This document shows positions 23,690-39,700 of a DNA stretch of 64,000 nucleotides, one piece after another. This DNA comes from Epiperipatus broadwayi (taxonomy: Eukaryota; Animalia; Onychophora). Under the pieces are notes generated by a model. The model saw nothing but the letters and a program-made list of their open reading frames with translations. It was not told the DNA's origin and did not search any database. How positions within the stretch are numbered: position 1 is the stretch's first letter; the number at the start of each line of letters is the position of its first letter. A program made the position numbers and the translations under genes. Where the stretch lies: positions 12,772,001 to 12,836,000 of the forward strand of contig JAQFVV010000009.1 in assembly GCA_028023455.1 (NCBI GenBank), in the 5' to 3' direction.

Positions 23690-23953
23690 TTACAAAGTTT
23701 GCACTTGGAAATGATTGTAGAGTGAGTAAATGGTGCTGTTCTTTTTCCTATGCATTGTATTTGTATAATTTCTGAAAGCTTCTAGACTGCTGCATTGAAA
23801 CAGGAAATGATTTTGATTCTCATCTTCTCTGTGGCATAGACCACATATGGCATCACTGTTGTTATAGGATCCTTTATATTTGAGAAAATGTAATGTTAGT
23901 AGTGATCTCATGTTTAATTTGATAAAAAATAGCATGCTGTAATTCTTTTTCAT
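23690..23953 (-). mobile_element. Decayed LINE ORF2 C-terminal zinc-knuckle fragment
   Basis: ORF contains CGLCHREDENQNHFLFQC (C-x2-C-x8-H-x4-C), typical of non-LTR ORF2 C-termini. Confidence 0.6.
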
Positions 23954-26900
23954 TCATTTAGTTTTCTTCAAATGAATTAAAAGAGATTCACTTATATATA
24001 CACATGTATTATATCTGCAAATTGAATAGAAGCAAAAAAAAAATTCAATGCATTAAAATTTGTGTTACAATTCTATTTGAAGGTAGTAAAACTGAGTTCT
24101 TAAGTTCATGTGGCCAACCTGTAAGCAGATTAGAAATGCATGTAAAAAACTAAATTCACTTGCAAATGTTAGATAAGATAGCAATATAAAAGCAGAAAAC
24201 AAAACATACAAATACAGCAATACAATGATGGATAAAAAAGATTTAATTAATATAGTGAGAGTATTGAACATAAACATAAAAAACAACTTACTGGCTTTCA
24301 TATCTAAAAAAAAAAATATCTTAAGAATACATATACCTCAACTCTCCAAACAAGAAATTCTCAAAATACTGAAGAAACATCAAAATCCAAGATTCTTGTT
24401 AAAAAAATAAAATAAAATTCAGAAAACAATTTTGCAGAAGATTATCATATATTGACAAATAATGAAATACAGTTCAAAAAATGAAATTATTTTTGATTCA
24501 AACCATATAATAAAGCAGATCATCTCCATTAAAGAAAGTTCAAATACCTATTATTGCAATCATAATTTTTGGATAGAAAATATTCATGTATTCAATGTTT
24601 GTTTGAAGGTCTTTTTTTTGATAATAGCATTTTGCTTGTAGTTATATATATAATTATATGTTGGACTATTTCCATCATTTAGTTAAAATCTTAACTGTTT
24701 TTAGAAAAATTCAAACTTTATACTTTTCTAAATACATTTTGATACTAGTAATAACATATACTTATTAATATAAAACACAATATTTTGAGATATTTAAAAA
24801 AAATCTTATTCAGCATTAGTCTAGCATAGGAATTAAACTGGTGGACTTATGAATGCTGAATTTAAACTAATGCTTTATCCAATTAGGTTAATCTGCCTGA
24901 CAAATTACTCTCCAATAAAAATTTCAAATCTTCCCCAATTGCAATCATAGCCAACACAAAACTTTACAGAAATACCTATTTTAGGTCAGATATAATATTT
25001 TTATATAAAGAATAGTTTTTAATAAAGTAAAATATATGTTCAATTAAAATTGCCATCTTTTTAGAATAGTTTCAATGCCATTTATTTCAAACACCATTTC
25101 TACAATTGTGGTGGTAAACATTAACATATGACATGCCCATGAGCGTGATTTGAGTCCAGGCTGGATGAAACATGGGAAATTTTTCAGGTTACAAGTGCTT
25201 TAGATTCCTAGCATTGATCAAATATGATGTACATGATGATGGGAGATATTATTCCTATGGCTACTGAGTTTATGGTGAACCATTATAAACATTAGCAACT
25301 ATTGTTTATATACATGTATCTTTGACAAATTTTCTTGTTATATGCATAAGAAAGTTCACATTTGGAATTTTAAGAAACATCCTCAATGACGAATAGAATC
25401 ATGCATTGTATGATGTAAAGGGGCAGACTCTAGAGCTCAAAGTCCAGAAATTGCCATTTAGCTCTGTCATTTCTGGTACACGAACTTCTTATGAATTGCT
25501 GAATAACACATCTTTAGATTCTTTTTTTAAATGGTGATTAAAAAATCCAATAAATCCCAATATAAGAGTTTTTCTATATCATTTGTCTCTTTTTCTTTAA
25601 TATTCTATAATAAAAAAATTAGTTTATGAGCAAAAGAAAAGTAATAAATAAAAAAATATAAAAATTTCTCAGAACTGATTAATATTTTAAAAATTTAAAG
25701 TTAAATCCTGAGATTCTCATTATAAATATTAATTAAAATTTTAAATTAAAAAAAAAAAAAGTAATTCAAACTTCAGTGGAATAAAAAAGTAAGTTTGGGT
25801 TAATGATTCGTTTTATTTTCTTCTTAGTTTGTACAGTGTTCCTGTCTACCCCTTTAGCAATATTAGCATTTGCCCTTTCGTGTCATTCAAGTTAATCATC
25901 GCTTTCCTTTTCTTTAGTCATCATTAAACTGTATACATTTTTATTTCTTAATGGTTTTTCTTTATCTATTATAATTGGTTGTTATCTCTCTCTCTTTTTG
26001 AATTTAAAATTGTAATGAATGGAAAAAAGTTTTAATGTTCCATTAGTAGCATCATTGTTTTTGTGATAAAGATATTTCAGTGACAGAAGCAATTCTCATG
26101 TTCAGATTGGAAGACACTTATCAAAAATAAATTTATTAAAATCTAAATTATTATACAGTAATATTTTCTTTTTTTTCGTTTATTAAGCAAACGTTTACCC
26201 CCCTCCCCTTCAACAATACTCTATTATTATAATAAATAATTCATTTCTGCAGAAATTAATTAATTAAAATAATTTTTTTTTTCCTTTTTAAAAACCAAAG
26301 TTCCCAATAAGAATATTTTTTAATGCTCATCAAATATTGGTTGGAAAATGATTTGATAAATAGGACTCCTGTTTTAAATTTTTTTTACTCAAAGAAGAAA
26401 CCACCAAAGACTAAAGAAAAAAATAATAGATAAGAAATAAAATATAGTATTTACTGTTAAATTCATAACAAATCTATGAAATTAATATATTCAACAATAA
26501 AAATAAAACATTCATTACTGAACTTATGGCAAGAAGTATATTAAATGAAAACATTTATCAATTAAACCAAGACAGAATAAATAGATCTTGTTCAAATTTT
26601 ACATTGAAGTTTCTTTATAATAAAATGTTAAATGAAAAGAATCTATAACATATAAAATGCAATCATAATATTAAGTAAAAGCATGAATTTTTTTCATTCT
26701 TCTGCATGGTAGAACCACAACGGCTATTAGGCTCTATATTCACAACCATCCAAGAGATTTTGATGCAAAAATGTCAACCATCTCTATTCAATGCATATTT
26801 CTTGGCCATCACACTCTACCAACATTGCTGAATGAAAAATGGTGAAGCTATTTGAACAAATTTAACACTATAGAATACTGCCATGAGTTATTTTGTTATA

Positions 26901-29900
26901 GTATCATCCAGGTAGCATATGTCTCCTTACATATTAAGATATATATGTAGCTATGTACATTTTATGATGTATGTTTTTTATTTTTCCTTAAATGGATTGT
27001 TTTTAAAATTTCATTTCTTTATTTAACCCTTTCCTGGAAAATTCATGTCACTTTGGGGTCATATTTCCAATTAAATTCAGTAGTCATGATTTTAGTCAGT
27101 CAGCATTTGAATAGTTTCTATATCCATAGTTATAATGAAATCTTGTCATAAATATTTCATAGCATGAGTTATCAGTAAAATATAAAGTTCCATGCTTCAA
27201 AGGTTAAACTGTGATAAATTAGTTTGCACAAAATAGTGGCACTTGTTCAAATTTTATTTGCAAAGCAGAAATGATTATATATATATTTTCAGACTGTTTT
27301 TGATAATTTAAAACAAGTTTTATATTTAATAAATATAAAATGTATTTATGTTTATAATTATATGATGTTTTTAGAAGTATTTAAATCTTGAGAAAAAAAG
27401 ACAAAAATACATTATTAAATAAATAAAAATAATTTTATTTCCTTAAATAAATGTATAACTTTTATAATTTATTCACTTTTTTAAAATTATGCTTCAAATT
27501 AATTTTAATAAAAATTTTGTTAAAATAATTTTATTTAGACAAAACATTAATTATTTAAACTGAAAGCCATATATGTAAATAATTATTTTTTTTTCAAATT
27601 TAGTCTCAATTTATTGCGTTACTTGACGACATAAATAGTTAATATAGTTTTTGCCATAAACAGATTGCTTTTTGGAATTTCATTTCTTATGGATTTGCAT
27701 TTGGTATGAATTATTATCACTTAACACATTTATTACTACCAATTACTTTTTTAAAATGTTGCATTTCATCATAAGCTAGTCCCGATGTAAAGCACGAAAC
27801 AAAATCTATTCATTCTGTATTGCTTTCATTGTTAAATAAATTATTTTCAATGCTAAATTTATTATTTTTATATTTTTATTTAATACTTATTGATGAAAGT
27901 TTAATAATAAATATTTTATTGCCTTGTTAAGTAAATTATTTTCATTGCTTACTATATTATTTTCATGCTTTTACATTATGCATCTCTTTCCATAAATCCT
28001 ACCATAAATATGAACATTTTATTTCTTATCAATTGGATTTTTCTTTAATTAAACTGATACATTTTTTTCATAGCCGTTTTTAATGTAGACATTAGAAAAA
28101 CTGAAGAAAAGTAGATTAAAGAAATATTATGTAGAACATATATTCCCTTAATAAACCATGAAGATTTTTATTATCTTTAATCTAAATTGTACGTCAATGA
28201 ACATTAACAAAAGTACATGACAAATAAATATTCAATGATTAATTTTATTTTCTGGTTTCACTATATGTCATGAGTTAGTTTAAAATGGAGAAAAGGTTGC
28301 CATAAGTCCTTAAACTATATTCATTCTTAGGAAAGTAAAATGTGAAAATATGAGTATACAAAATACTGCTAAAAATTTTCTAGAATATTGATTGTTTTAA
28401 CAATCATAAAATATTAGTAATAAATATTATAACTTGACTATGCTTAAATAAGATTTAGAAAACACATAAACCAAACCATATTTTATAAAGAACCCCATCT
28501 AGTTTCATTCATGCATAATTTCACATTGACTATCTATTGATTGTAGGCAAGCATGTGTCAAAATAAAGTACATGAACAATTAATGGATTGTAGAACTAAA
28601 ATTTAAATGAATTATACTGTGACAATTCAAAACAACTACTGATTTGACATTCCCCATAATCAAATTTTATCTATGTAATTATTATTATTTCTAAATTTTA
28701 TCAATATTTTACTTCGTACTATCTGAATATTTTATAAAACTTGAAAATTTTATTAAAAAAAACCATCTTGATCAATGTAATAAATTAACATTTACATAAA
28801 CTATATGAACAAAAATGTCAGATATATCTAATATTGCAAATATTAATACCATTTTTTTTTTTAGTAATACAAATTTTATTTTTTAAACATTGTTAATTAT
28901 TCATAATAAATATCTGTATGTAGATTATTTCGTCCATTTTTTAGGCCTTAGATATCATACATCTTATATATTTTCAGATATAAAATTACAACCAAAACAT
29001 AAATCACAGATATAATTTTTCAACATCATTTTCTCTGAACAGTTATTTGTAACAAAAATTTCAGTGAGGTTCTTTCCTTAAAAAAAAAAAAATCCCTAGT
29101 TGATAATTATATATAGTAGAAATTGCTGTAAAACATGGTTACACATACATACATACATACCCATCTTTGAAAGCAAACTTTATTAAAAATATATATCATG
29201 AATATTCAGAGTAATAAACAATATTTATATTGCAGTAATCATAATAAGGCCAGAGAATACTCTCTTGATGACAACATGCTAAATCTTACACAATAGTAAA
29301 ATGAGAACACAGTAATATATCAAAATAAATTATAATAAAAAATATTTAATGAAAGAGAAAAAATGATAATATAATTACAATTAGTGACACCCTAGAAACT
29401 GAAATTAAAGTAAAATGGAAAAAGTTATAAATCATTTGAATACTAAACATTATCAAGCAAAACTATATGCTGAGTAAATAATTTATAATAGATAATAAAA
29501 TATGATTATTTCTAATAATTTTATTATTTCATGAAGTTGAAATACAAATTTATTAGTTATTAGACAAATTATGTGATTTAATCAATTAATTAGAGAACCT
29601 GATATCCTGAATATTGTATAAACAAATAGATAATCTCTGAAAGATTTCAAAATCTTATGAAACTGAGTGTCACTTAAATTTGTTTTTGATACTATATGGT
29701 TTCTTCCTTTCATAATAATTTATTATTTGACAATGTAGTTTCCTTTTGTGATAAACCATTTTATTTACATCTAAACATTCATCAATCTTTTGTTTTAATT
29801 TTTTTATTAGCTATTAGAATTTTAGATTTTTATGAAACAATCTCATGACAGTGTTTAATTATTATAGGTATCATTAATTATTTTAACATGAATTCCAATT

Positions 29901-32900
29901 TACTTGATATTTTTTATTTAATCTTTAATACATACACAGTAAAAAAATAAGCACAATATGTTAAATAAATTAATGTACATATATTTTACAATGAAATTAA
30001 AGAATCAGCATAATTTAATATATTGCTATAAATTAATAAAAATAATTAGCAGATGTACCATTTTTCTATTTGTTTTCTTTTAGTCTACTTAGTTTGTGAT
30101 GTCATTTTTTTTAAAAAAATCACTAACTTTTTCTGAAAATATTTACTGTAATCAATTTTAAAAAATATAAATAGATATATATTAAATGCTTTTATTCACC
30201 ATGCACTAAAAAGCATTAACAGAAAAATTATTTTATCTCTATTTATTTTTAACGTTTTAGTATTGGTATAGTAAAACGATATTGTACTTTAAATTGACAC
30301 ATATATACAATTTCTATTTTGTTACATCATTATATGGTTGTAAGTAATGGTCAATTTTAATAAAAATTTTCAATTTAATATAATGATTAGTAAAAAAATC
30401 TATTATTTAATTTATGAAAAAAGTTAAAATATACTGTTTCTTTAGTGTTAAATTGAAGTTATTTTCTTTAAATCAATATAATCTATTTAAGTTATAAATA
30501 TGAAATAAAATTGTGCTATTTATTTTAAAACAGTATTTATAATTAATACAAGTTAATATTTTTATAATTATTAATGGTCAAATAAAAAATTATTTATTTA
30601 TTGTCTTAAAATGATTTAATTAATGATGAAATAAATTTACTACCTGGTTCTCAATCCAATTTATTACTTGTTTAAATCATAAATGTTATATTTTAATTAT
30701 ATTCATTTCATAAAAAGTTTCTCAAATCAATAGTTATAATAATAATATAAATTATAAAATTTATGCATCAAAATTTAAGTTTAAACAAAGAGTATATTAT
30801 TATTAAAATTAAGAAAATAATAATTTCATATTATTAATAAAAAATGTAGACAAATTAATTAATATTCATTTTTTGTCAGATGTCTGGAAGTAATTATTAA
30901 CAAATCAGATATTGTGAAATTTTTCCTGTAAATTTATGATGAGTGCTGATAGAGGAAAAAAAATCAAGAAAATTTTCTAGGTATAAACTAAATTTTTTTG
31001 TCTTAAAACTTTAAGTATACATTTATTGAAATATTATTATTTTAATCTGAAAAGTAATAATTAAACATTTAAAAGCATGGAATATATCTTAAGAAGTTTA
31101 TTTATCAAGTTCATTATGGAATAAGAAGCCAAACGATCCTCATTAGTATACTACAGGAGCTGCCTATAAACTTATGATAAAAAAAAACTTCATTGAAAAA
31201 GATAAAATTGTATTTTAATAAGAAACCCTTGCAGATTAGAAAACCATTTTGCCTACAGAAAATGCAAAGGAGATGTAAGGAATTTATTTTTTTTATTAAT
31301 TTTCATATGCAAAATGTTAGATAACATTTTCTATTAACTCTAATCATTAGTAATGATAAAAATAATTACTTTTATTTATTAAAACTATTGACATATCCAG
31401 TTATAAATTGATTAATGATTTTACTAGGATGATAATGGCCCAAAAGAAGAAAGATTAATGCAGACTAAGTTTTATTCAAAGTTTATTAATACTAATTGTA
31501 ATATTGTCTAAGTATTTTTAATATATTAATTTGTTATGTTTGAATTATTCAGAAATGAAATTGGAGAACTTTATAATTCTATCAGTAAATTTTTTTGAAG
31601 TTGGAGTATGCAGAGAGAAATAAAACTTTTTAAAAATATAATAAATATCTTAATTAAATAATCAAATTCATATTTACTAAATGCAGAGGAATTATTTTAT
31701 CAATGATATAAGAAGTATGAACTTTTGATATAAGAACTTATTATTATTATTGATAACTAACATTTATTTGGATTTTCTTCATGTTTCTATCTACTCTATG
31801 AATAATGGAGAAGAGTGTGAAATCTTTTATTTAGTTCAAAAAGTTGAAGAAACCTTTTTGTTTTTATTACTTTAGTATATGAACTAGTTTTTAAGATAGT
31901 ATTAAATACTCATAATTATTTGTTCATATGTTGTTATTTTTAGATTTAAGATTTTAGAGAATTTTTTGTATAAAAAAAAAAGTCAAAATTTTTATTTATT
32001 TTTGATTATGATTCTATAACATAAAAGTTATATTTATGAGATTGTCATCAACAATGATCATAAAATATTATAATTAAGATAACTATTTTATTTTTAGCAT
32101 AAGATATTGGTATTGAATTATTTAAGCCAGGAATCAGGTAAAATAAATGAGTAATATTTATTATGGGTGTGTTTACACAAAAGTATATGATAGAGAAGTG
32201 AATATATTTATTATAACCTTAATATGAGTATATAAGTGTATGTATAATTGATCTCTGAATAAGTTAAAGGTAAATGACTTATTATATTTATAATAAATTA
32301 TATCAGAAACTATTTGTTTTGTTTTTTTAATCTTCTTGATATGTTCAAAGTATGAAAATGTAAGGGTAAGTTTCGATATTATCTGTGAAATGAAGAATGA
32401 TATTTTTACGCAATTCTAAGTATTTTATATGGAGTGTTAGATGTAAAATAGTGGTACAGCATAGTAGTTTTTTTATTGGGAAATCCTGTAGTGGTATGGA
32501 TGTGTTATTTAATGTTAAGTATGACACAATATAAAGTAAGTTAGAATATTTGTGATATATGGATAGTGACATTTTTCAAAAGCCTGTAAGAGCTTAAAAT
32601 AGAAGCCAAGATAGAAATTAAGGTAGACACAAGAAAAGGTGGCCTTAAGTTACATAATCCATTATATCATTATTTCTTATAGTTTTATAAGGAAACCATT
32701 CCACACTTATAATCATAAAAATCATACTGGTATATACATCATATTAAAAAATTGCAGATTTAAGCAATGATAATAGCTAAACTTTCAAATGATGATAAGA
32801 TCAATCCATTTAATGCAAGGATTAAACATAAAATAAATAAGATGTTAAAAGAATGTAAAAATAAAGATTTTATGAATGTTTTTTATTGAAATGTCTGAAA

Positions 32901-34491
32901 TAGAAGAGGTATGATATTGTAAAAAAAACCCGGATAATTATTCATATTATTGTAAACAATATAATAATGTATCACAGCTTAATGAATATTTAAATAATTA
33001 AATGTTTATTTTTTAACAAATAATAAATGTAGAAAGAGTATAAGTTATAAAGTTATAATTAGATCATAATATTTTAAGAAGATTAAAGATAAATTAATGA
33101 TAATATAAATGAATAGATTTGTGAAATATTTAGAACTTGATCAAATACAAATGGTATTTTATGGATATATTTTAATATGGAAATATTAAGAAATATCTTA
33201 ATATTCACAGAGTTAAGTATGGAATATTTTGTTAATGTTATTTTTTTTTAAAGTTTGTATAATATGTTAAATATTTTTTTAAGTAAATATGAGATGTGTA
33301 AATTTTTCTTAAATTTCGTATTACTACTGTAATAAAATGTTAATGTTGTTTTAAAATTAACAAAGTGTTGAGAGTCTCTTTTCTTGTTTTCCAAGTCATT
33401 ATTCATCATCCTAAACACACATATTATACTGATTAAAAATATTTGGCATTATTATACATAATCTAAATAAAATAATAAAAAAAAAATTGTAATTGTTAAA
33501 GATTTTGATATTGTATCAAAAATATAAATTAATGTAAATTTTTCTTCATCTTACTCAATAATCATAATGAAGACTGATAACTAGTATGCCATATAAAAAT
33601 AATTGGATTATAATTAATAGTGATAAGTATTAGTTAATAATTTTAATTTAATTTTAGTCAATTTTTTAAGAAAATTATTAAATTATTTTGAAAGGGAAGA
33701 ATTGATTAGTATATTTGTTTCTTAATTATTTTTTAAGTGTAGCTAGATGTAAGTAAAATCCATCTCTACATTAGGTTATGTAAATTAATTAATTTATTTA
33801 AAAAAGCAATTATTACCTGAGATGTTGACTGAGTTTAGGAATATTAATAAAGAAGTAGTATACAATTATTTTAATAAGTAAACGAATATGATATTTTGTT
33901 ATAATTAAATTTAACTTTAATGTTAAATATAATTTGCTTATTTTAATTATGAGTCATGGAAGTATTATTGATATTTTAATGAAAAAGTGTTTTGTAATAT
34001 TACTATGCCACTGAGGGTATACTTTTAATATATACTAAATGTTAAAAAGAGATACCTTACTAGATGATTAAACAGCAAGACTTATGATTCGTTATTTTAT
34101 TATTAAATAATTTATTAAGATTGATATAATATATTAAGACATGAAATGAGTAATATTTCTATTGTAAAAATTTCATGTATAAGAAAGATTTAGTTTGGCT
34201 GAGCTAGAAGTTAGTTATTGTTATTTACATGCATCATACCATAGTAATTGGGGGGGGGGGGGCGTCATCCGGTTAGGGTATAATATATATCATTAAATAT
34301 TTCTGCTGTAAGTTAATATATAATTCCTTGTGTATATAATTATATATGTGTGTAATAAATCATTGAATGACAAAAATATGAAAATATTCTTTTAAGTGAA
34401 AAGAGCTTAAAGCTTACCAAAACTATATTGCAAATGAACTTCATTTAATACATTTGACACATATAGTTTATCAATAGATATTTTTTTTCTC

Positions 34492-34586
34492 ATGTTCATA
34501 GCATCGGCCGGAAAGCAAACCTGCTAACCCGGGACAACTGCTTGTAAGGCAGCTGTGCTGACCTCTCGACCACCAATGCTTTACAT
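34492..34586 (-). mobile_element. tRNA-Gly-derived short SINE, copy 3 (anticodon position TAC, T-arm insertion)
   Basis: GCATTGGTGGTCGAGAGGTCAGCACAGCTGC-CTTACAA-GCAGTTGTCCCGGGTTAGCAGGTTTGCTTTCCGGCCGATGC; fully paired acceptor stem; flanks ATGTAAA / TATGAACAT; A-rich tail; possible 8-bp TSD AAAAATAT. Confidence 0.8.
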
Positions 34587-34769
34587 CAATATTTTTGCAA
34601 TAAATTAATAAGTATTCTTCTTATGTATATAATAAAGCATCAAGTAACTCAAAATCTGAAGACCTCCTTTTTGTTGAAAAGTGTTTGACATATTTTCTTT
34701 TAATTCAAAATTTTTTTTGAAAAAAAAAAAAAAACTTAACAAAACTATATTGTAAACTAATTTTATTTT

Positions 34770-35250
34770 ATTTTAAATTAAATGAAGCTTTCAATTGAAC
34801 CAAAAATAACACGAGCATTACTTAAAACATATTGAAGTTCTAAGGAGGAGTTATAAATTTGATATAAAAATTTTGCCACCAGTGTTCTTTATCTAAAAAA
34901 CTAGATCACCAAACTCAAATATTATAGTACCTTATCACTTTAGTAGGAATTTAGAAGAAATGTACCAAATTTCAACAAATTAAATTGAATTTAAATCTAT
35001 ATAACCTTCATCAAGCTTTCAATTTAAACCACAAAAATCTCTATAGTGCCGACCCATAGGCCTTATTTAAAACATTGAAATACAAAACACAAATTTGTAA
35101 TTTGATAAAATTTCCCTGCCCACTAGTCCAGATCTAAAAAAACTAAGTCAACTATCTAAAATATTATAGTGCTCTATCACTTTGGTAATGATTTAAAAGA
35201 AATATACCAAATTTCAACAAATTATATTGAATTTAAATCTATTAAATCTC
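34770..35250 (+). repeat. Diverged tandem duplication, ~240-bp unit x2
   Basis: Anchor accaaatttcaacaaatta at 34964 and 35206 (period 242); flanking blocks also align. Confidence 0.7.
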
Positions 35251-35699
35251 AATTTTAAAGTTTTATTGTAACTTAAATAATAAAAGTGGTCATAAGAGTT
35301 TACAAACAGAGATTATAACTTAAATAAAAGCATTTAATAAAAATAAATTGTTAAATAAATTAACATACATTTTTTAAAACAAAGTCAGTAAATGTTCATT
35401 TATTAAACATTTTGTAAACATCATTCAAAAGATTTTAAAATTAAAAGATACAGTGCTGTTTTTATTTAACATTTGTAATAATAAGTAAAAAAGGGGGAAA
35501 TATTTGTTATTTTGATTACGGTACCATCATAAAAATTTTAATATATAAAACACTGTAAATATATGTCAAATATTGTAGATATCAATAGTTTTAATTTAAT
35601 ATTTACATTCAATGTTTAAATTTTCAGCAGGAGATGTGTACTGTTGAAATATTATTCCAATGTTCTCACCAAGAATGATGGACTATACTACACTACCAT

Positions 35700-36700
35700 A
35701 CTATCTTAAATTATTAGAGAAAGCACCTAATTGCTATCAATTAGCCTTTCTTTGGAAGATTCAGAATTTATATCAAAATACAATGGAATGTAAGAAAGAT
35801 CTAATGGCATTATACTCTTAATCTACAAAATAACAGCAATATAATTAAGACTTTCTGCTTAATATAAAAAATTATTGAATAATAATGCATTGAAAATTTT
35901 GAAAAATTTAAAAACCTCAATTTCCAATACATCAGTTATAAAAGATTTTTATTTTTATGAATAATCAAATATCTGCTTAATAATGCTACATTTAAAATTT
36001 GAATGACCTCTAGGATTCCCATCTGTATAATACAGTAATGCAACCAATCACATATTGACCAAAAACTAAAAAGTATTAATTCTATGTGTTTACAAAATAG
36101 CTATGGATGACTTAGTCATCTTATTATCATCCAAACAATATATCTATCAACTAATTGATATTCTGAACAATTATATAGAAAAATATCTCAAATTCTACAA
36201 AGAAAAATTATCTTCCTAGAACAATTCTCTTAAAAAATTAAATGTCTACTTTCACTGCCTCATTACATAAATTTGTAGGTTACACCATTTTTTTTTTCTG
36301 TAAATACTACGAGATCTGAAATCCAAAGTAAGCTCCTCTCTTTTATAGAAATTGCAAGTAATCAAATCCATACCTAAATACACTACAGTAGATAAAAAAT
36401 TATTTGGAACAAAAATTAAATATCTGGGAACACATATATAATAGTACGTAAAGAACAACTAATTAATCCACCACAATCTAGATTTAAATTTAAATATTTG
36501 GATTTTTTTTTTTTTTTGGTAGGTTTTTCCAATCAATGTCTTTCTAATCAAAAAAAATTTTTTTTTTTGAAGAAACTCGCTATATTCACTAAGAAACTAT
36601 GGAGCATTTCCTAAATAGCTGCCCAGCATGACAAACATATTCAAACACAATAGTTTCAATTATTAGATCTTAAAACCTTCTGTCACTCATTTATTAAGCA
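35700..36700 (+). mobile_element. Possible very decayed Penelope-like RT
   Basis: Remnants resembling the 'PLG.P' and '.MDDL' RT motifs at ~36005-36115; heavily disrupted. Confidence 0.3.
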
Positions 36701-39700
36701 GCATAAGTAGAAAACTTTTCCAAATACACGAATAACTACATTTACATTTTTTATCCTAAGGTTTTTGTTTTAATCAAACACTTTAGAAGCTTCAATCACT
36801 TTTTCATAACAAACTAACTAAAATAAAGAACAGAGACCAAGTACTCACTCCAAATGATATCTTTTCAGCTATATGGAGTTTAGTGAAACTACCGACATCA
36901 TTGTAAATTTCAGACCATAAAAAAATATCTTAATATTATATATTAGTTTATGTAAAAATGTTCTTCCTGTAAACTCATGTAAGTCTTCTCCTTAGAACAT
37001 GAAAACACATAATGTAATGTTCTGATATCTGCATAGCATATTTAAATATGTATTATGTAATGTAATATAAACTTTTATTAGCAATAAAATATGCTTTAAA
37101 ACCAAATATATATATATATCTGAACTACGAGTGATATGATAATCATTAGTTAATAATTGACTAATAATAATTATTAATTATTTATTAAAGTGGATGGTAT
37201 TAAAGATATGCATGCAGGAAGTTTGATAATTATATAACAAATTGTAAGAAATTTATATATGCCATTAGAAAACAATGTTATCTATACAAGTGTCTATATA
37301 TTTTATCTAATACTTTCTACACTGTTGATTATATTTTGTACTTAAAAATATATATATATATATATTAATTCCACTTTCTATTCACTATTTCAAACAGGAC
37401 ACATTACTTTATCTGCCTATAGGATTCTATCTTTAGAAATATAACTTTAGACAATCTTAATAATTACTTTTAGTACCTTTCTTGTAAACTAACAATCTTT
37501 TATGTGTACCTTAAATTCTCTAACCTAAGGAAGGTGAAGTAAGTAGGAAATATAGTACTATGATCAAAACACCATCAAAGGTAGCTTGAAATTTTTTTTA
37601 ACACAATTTTCCCCCCTAGCATTTCAATTTTAGAACAATTTCACAAACTTTCATAAACCTTAAATCATTGAAATATAATTTTAAAACAGGGGAAAAAACT
37701 ATTAATTTTATTTCATTTTCACAAAGTTATTTTACTTAAGAAAAAAAAAGTATTATGTGGTTTTATTAGCTTACGTTTAATTCACTTTAGACAGCATTAG
37801 CTTATATTTGAGGTCCCCAAAATATATATTGACCAGGTATTAAAAATTTACATATTTATAAAATTAAATTGATATAAATATTAAGCTTTAAGAAGTTTGA
37901 AATTTCAAGCCATTAGCCTGAATATGCATAAAAAGATCATTAGATGGAGTATAGTGGAACACAGTACTTCCTGCTAAAAGCCAATTCACAGAATTTGTTT
38001 ATATTGTCACTTACATCTACAATTATTCATGGTTACATAGTACTGTAGCAGACAAATTAATGCTAATATTAAGCTCAGATAACTTATCACTTTAAAAATA
38101 TTTTCTTTTTATTATACCATTTTTTGTCCTTAAAATTACCATGTTGCCCATGATTTCATTTATAGTTTTTGACTTGACATCTTCTGTGAAGCAATTTTAG
38201 ATTACATCAAAAAAACAACAACAACACTCCTATAAATTATATCTTTAATGCTGCTCTATCAGGTTTAATATAGTGGTGAAATCAAAAACTAAATTTGTAA
38301 ATCAATTTTTATTTAAAATAAACAACAACAACAACAAAAAAAATCCTCAGTATAATTAATTGAGTGGACCAGCAGTGTTCAGACAATCATTTTGATGTTA
38401 GATATCACATAGTCTAAACAAATAATCAAGCCATTATTTTTAAAATGTTTATTGCTAAATATTATATATAAGTTTAATGTATTTTATTATACTTATAAAT
38501 ATTTTAAATTTCACCATAAAGTAATGAATAGATTAAGCAAAGAGATACATGGTTATCCTTAAGATCATAATATGTCTGTTTTTGACAGCAAAAATAATTA
38601 TATATTCCTTCATTTCTAAATATCCCACTATGCATGATTAATATGATAGAAATAAAAGGGCTACTTAATAACTACAGTGCATAAGCCAATAACCAGAAAT
38701 TGATCTAGTAATAAAATTATCACATGGGATAAGGTAATATGAATGGATACCATTCAAAAATAATAAACTGTAATTCTAATATAATGAATAAAATTTTTAT
38801 TGCTTTGATCACAAAATCTTTTTGCCTAAAAAATTAATGAGTCACATTTATAAAAAAATAATCATAAACAATATATTTCTTTCTCAACATTCACACATAA
38901 ACTTTGATTTTAATTATAATGCTAAAACTAGAACATATGAAATTCTTATTATCAGAATATGCTTAATAAATATATTTCAACCTTCATAAAAATATTACTT
39001 ATAGGCATGTAAATGTGTACATATAAATAGTTGAACTATACTGACTTTGATAATAATGTTAAGCAGCAGAAATAAATAAAAAATTGAGGAAGAATATTTA
39101 GAGAGGAAAGATGACAATCTGTTCCTACTCTTCATCATCATTTGAAATCAGATATAAATAACTAAAAATTTAACTCAGAAGAATATAAATGAAGGCAGAA
39201 AATGACAAAGAAAAAAGAATATATATTTATCCAAGCATTATTAAATTACTACTAATACATAAATTCTGAAAAACATTCTCGTTTGAAAAAATTCTAGGCA
39301 TAAATGATTTCATGACATTCATCAAGAAAATATTTGATATTATCAGTCTATCTTGCCAATGCTTTTCACTTAATCTTAAAAATTATTTTAGCAAACACTG
39401 CTTAAAATTCACTTCTATTTTTGCATCACAATTTTTATAAAAAAAATATAACTTTTAAATTACAATTCTCAAAAAATGAAACATCCTGACATTTATAAAT
39501 TTACATTTCTTTCCACAATAATATGCATATTTTTTAACCATTATATATTTCTCCTGTTAATGGCATAGTTCAATCATTATGCACTATGATTCTAGCAAGA
39601 ATTTACTGAAAGCTGGTTTAGTGCTATTGAATTTTATTGTACGATCTTATAACTTTTCACAATGGCTTGACTCAGTCAAGTTTTTGGAGAATTTCATTAC

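Noticed and set aside
29244-29280. Kinase-like 'PEN.LLDDNM' motif
   Set aside because: Needs a frameshift, lacks the HRD context and splice signals; probably chance.
29636-29675. CTGAAGA...GAAA hammerhead-like hits here and at ~52150-52197 (minus)
   Set aside because: No stem I pairing can be formed around the putative cleavage site.
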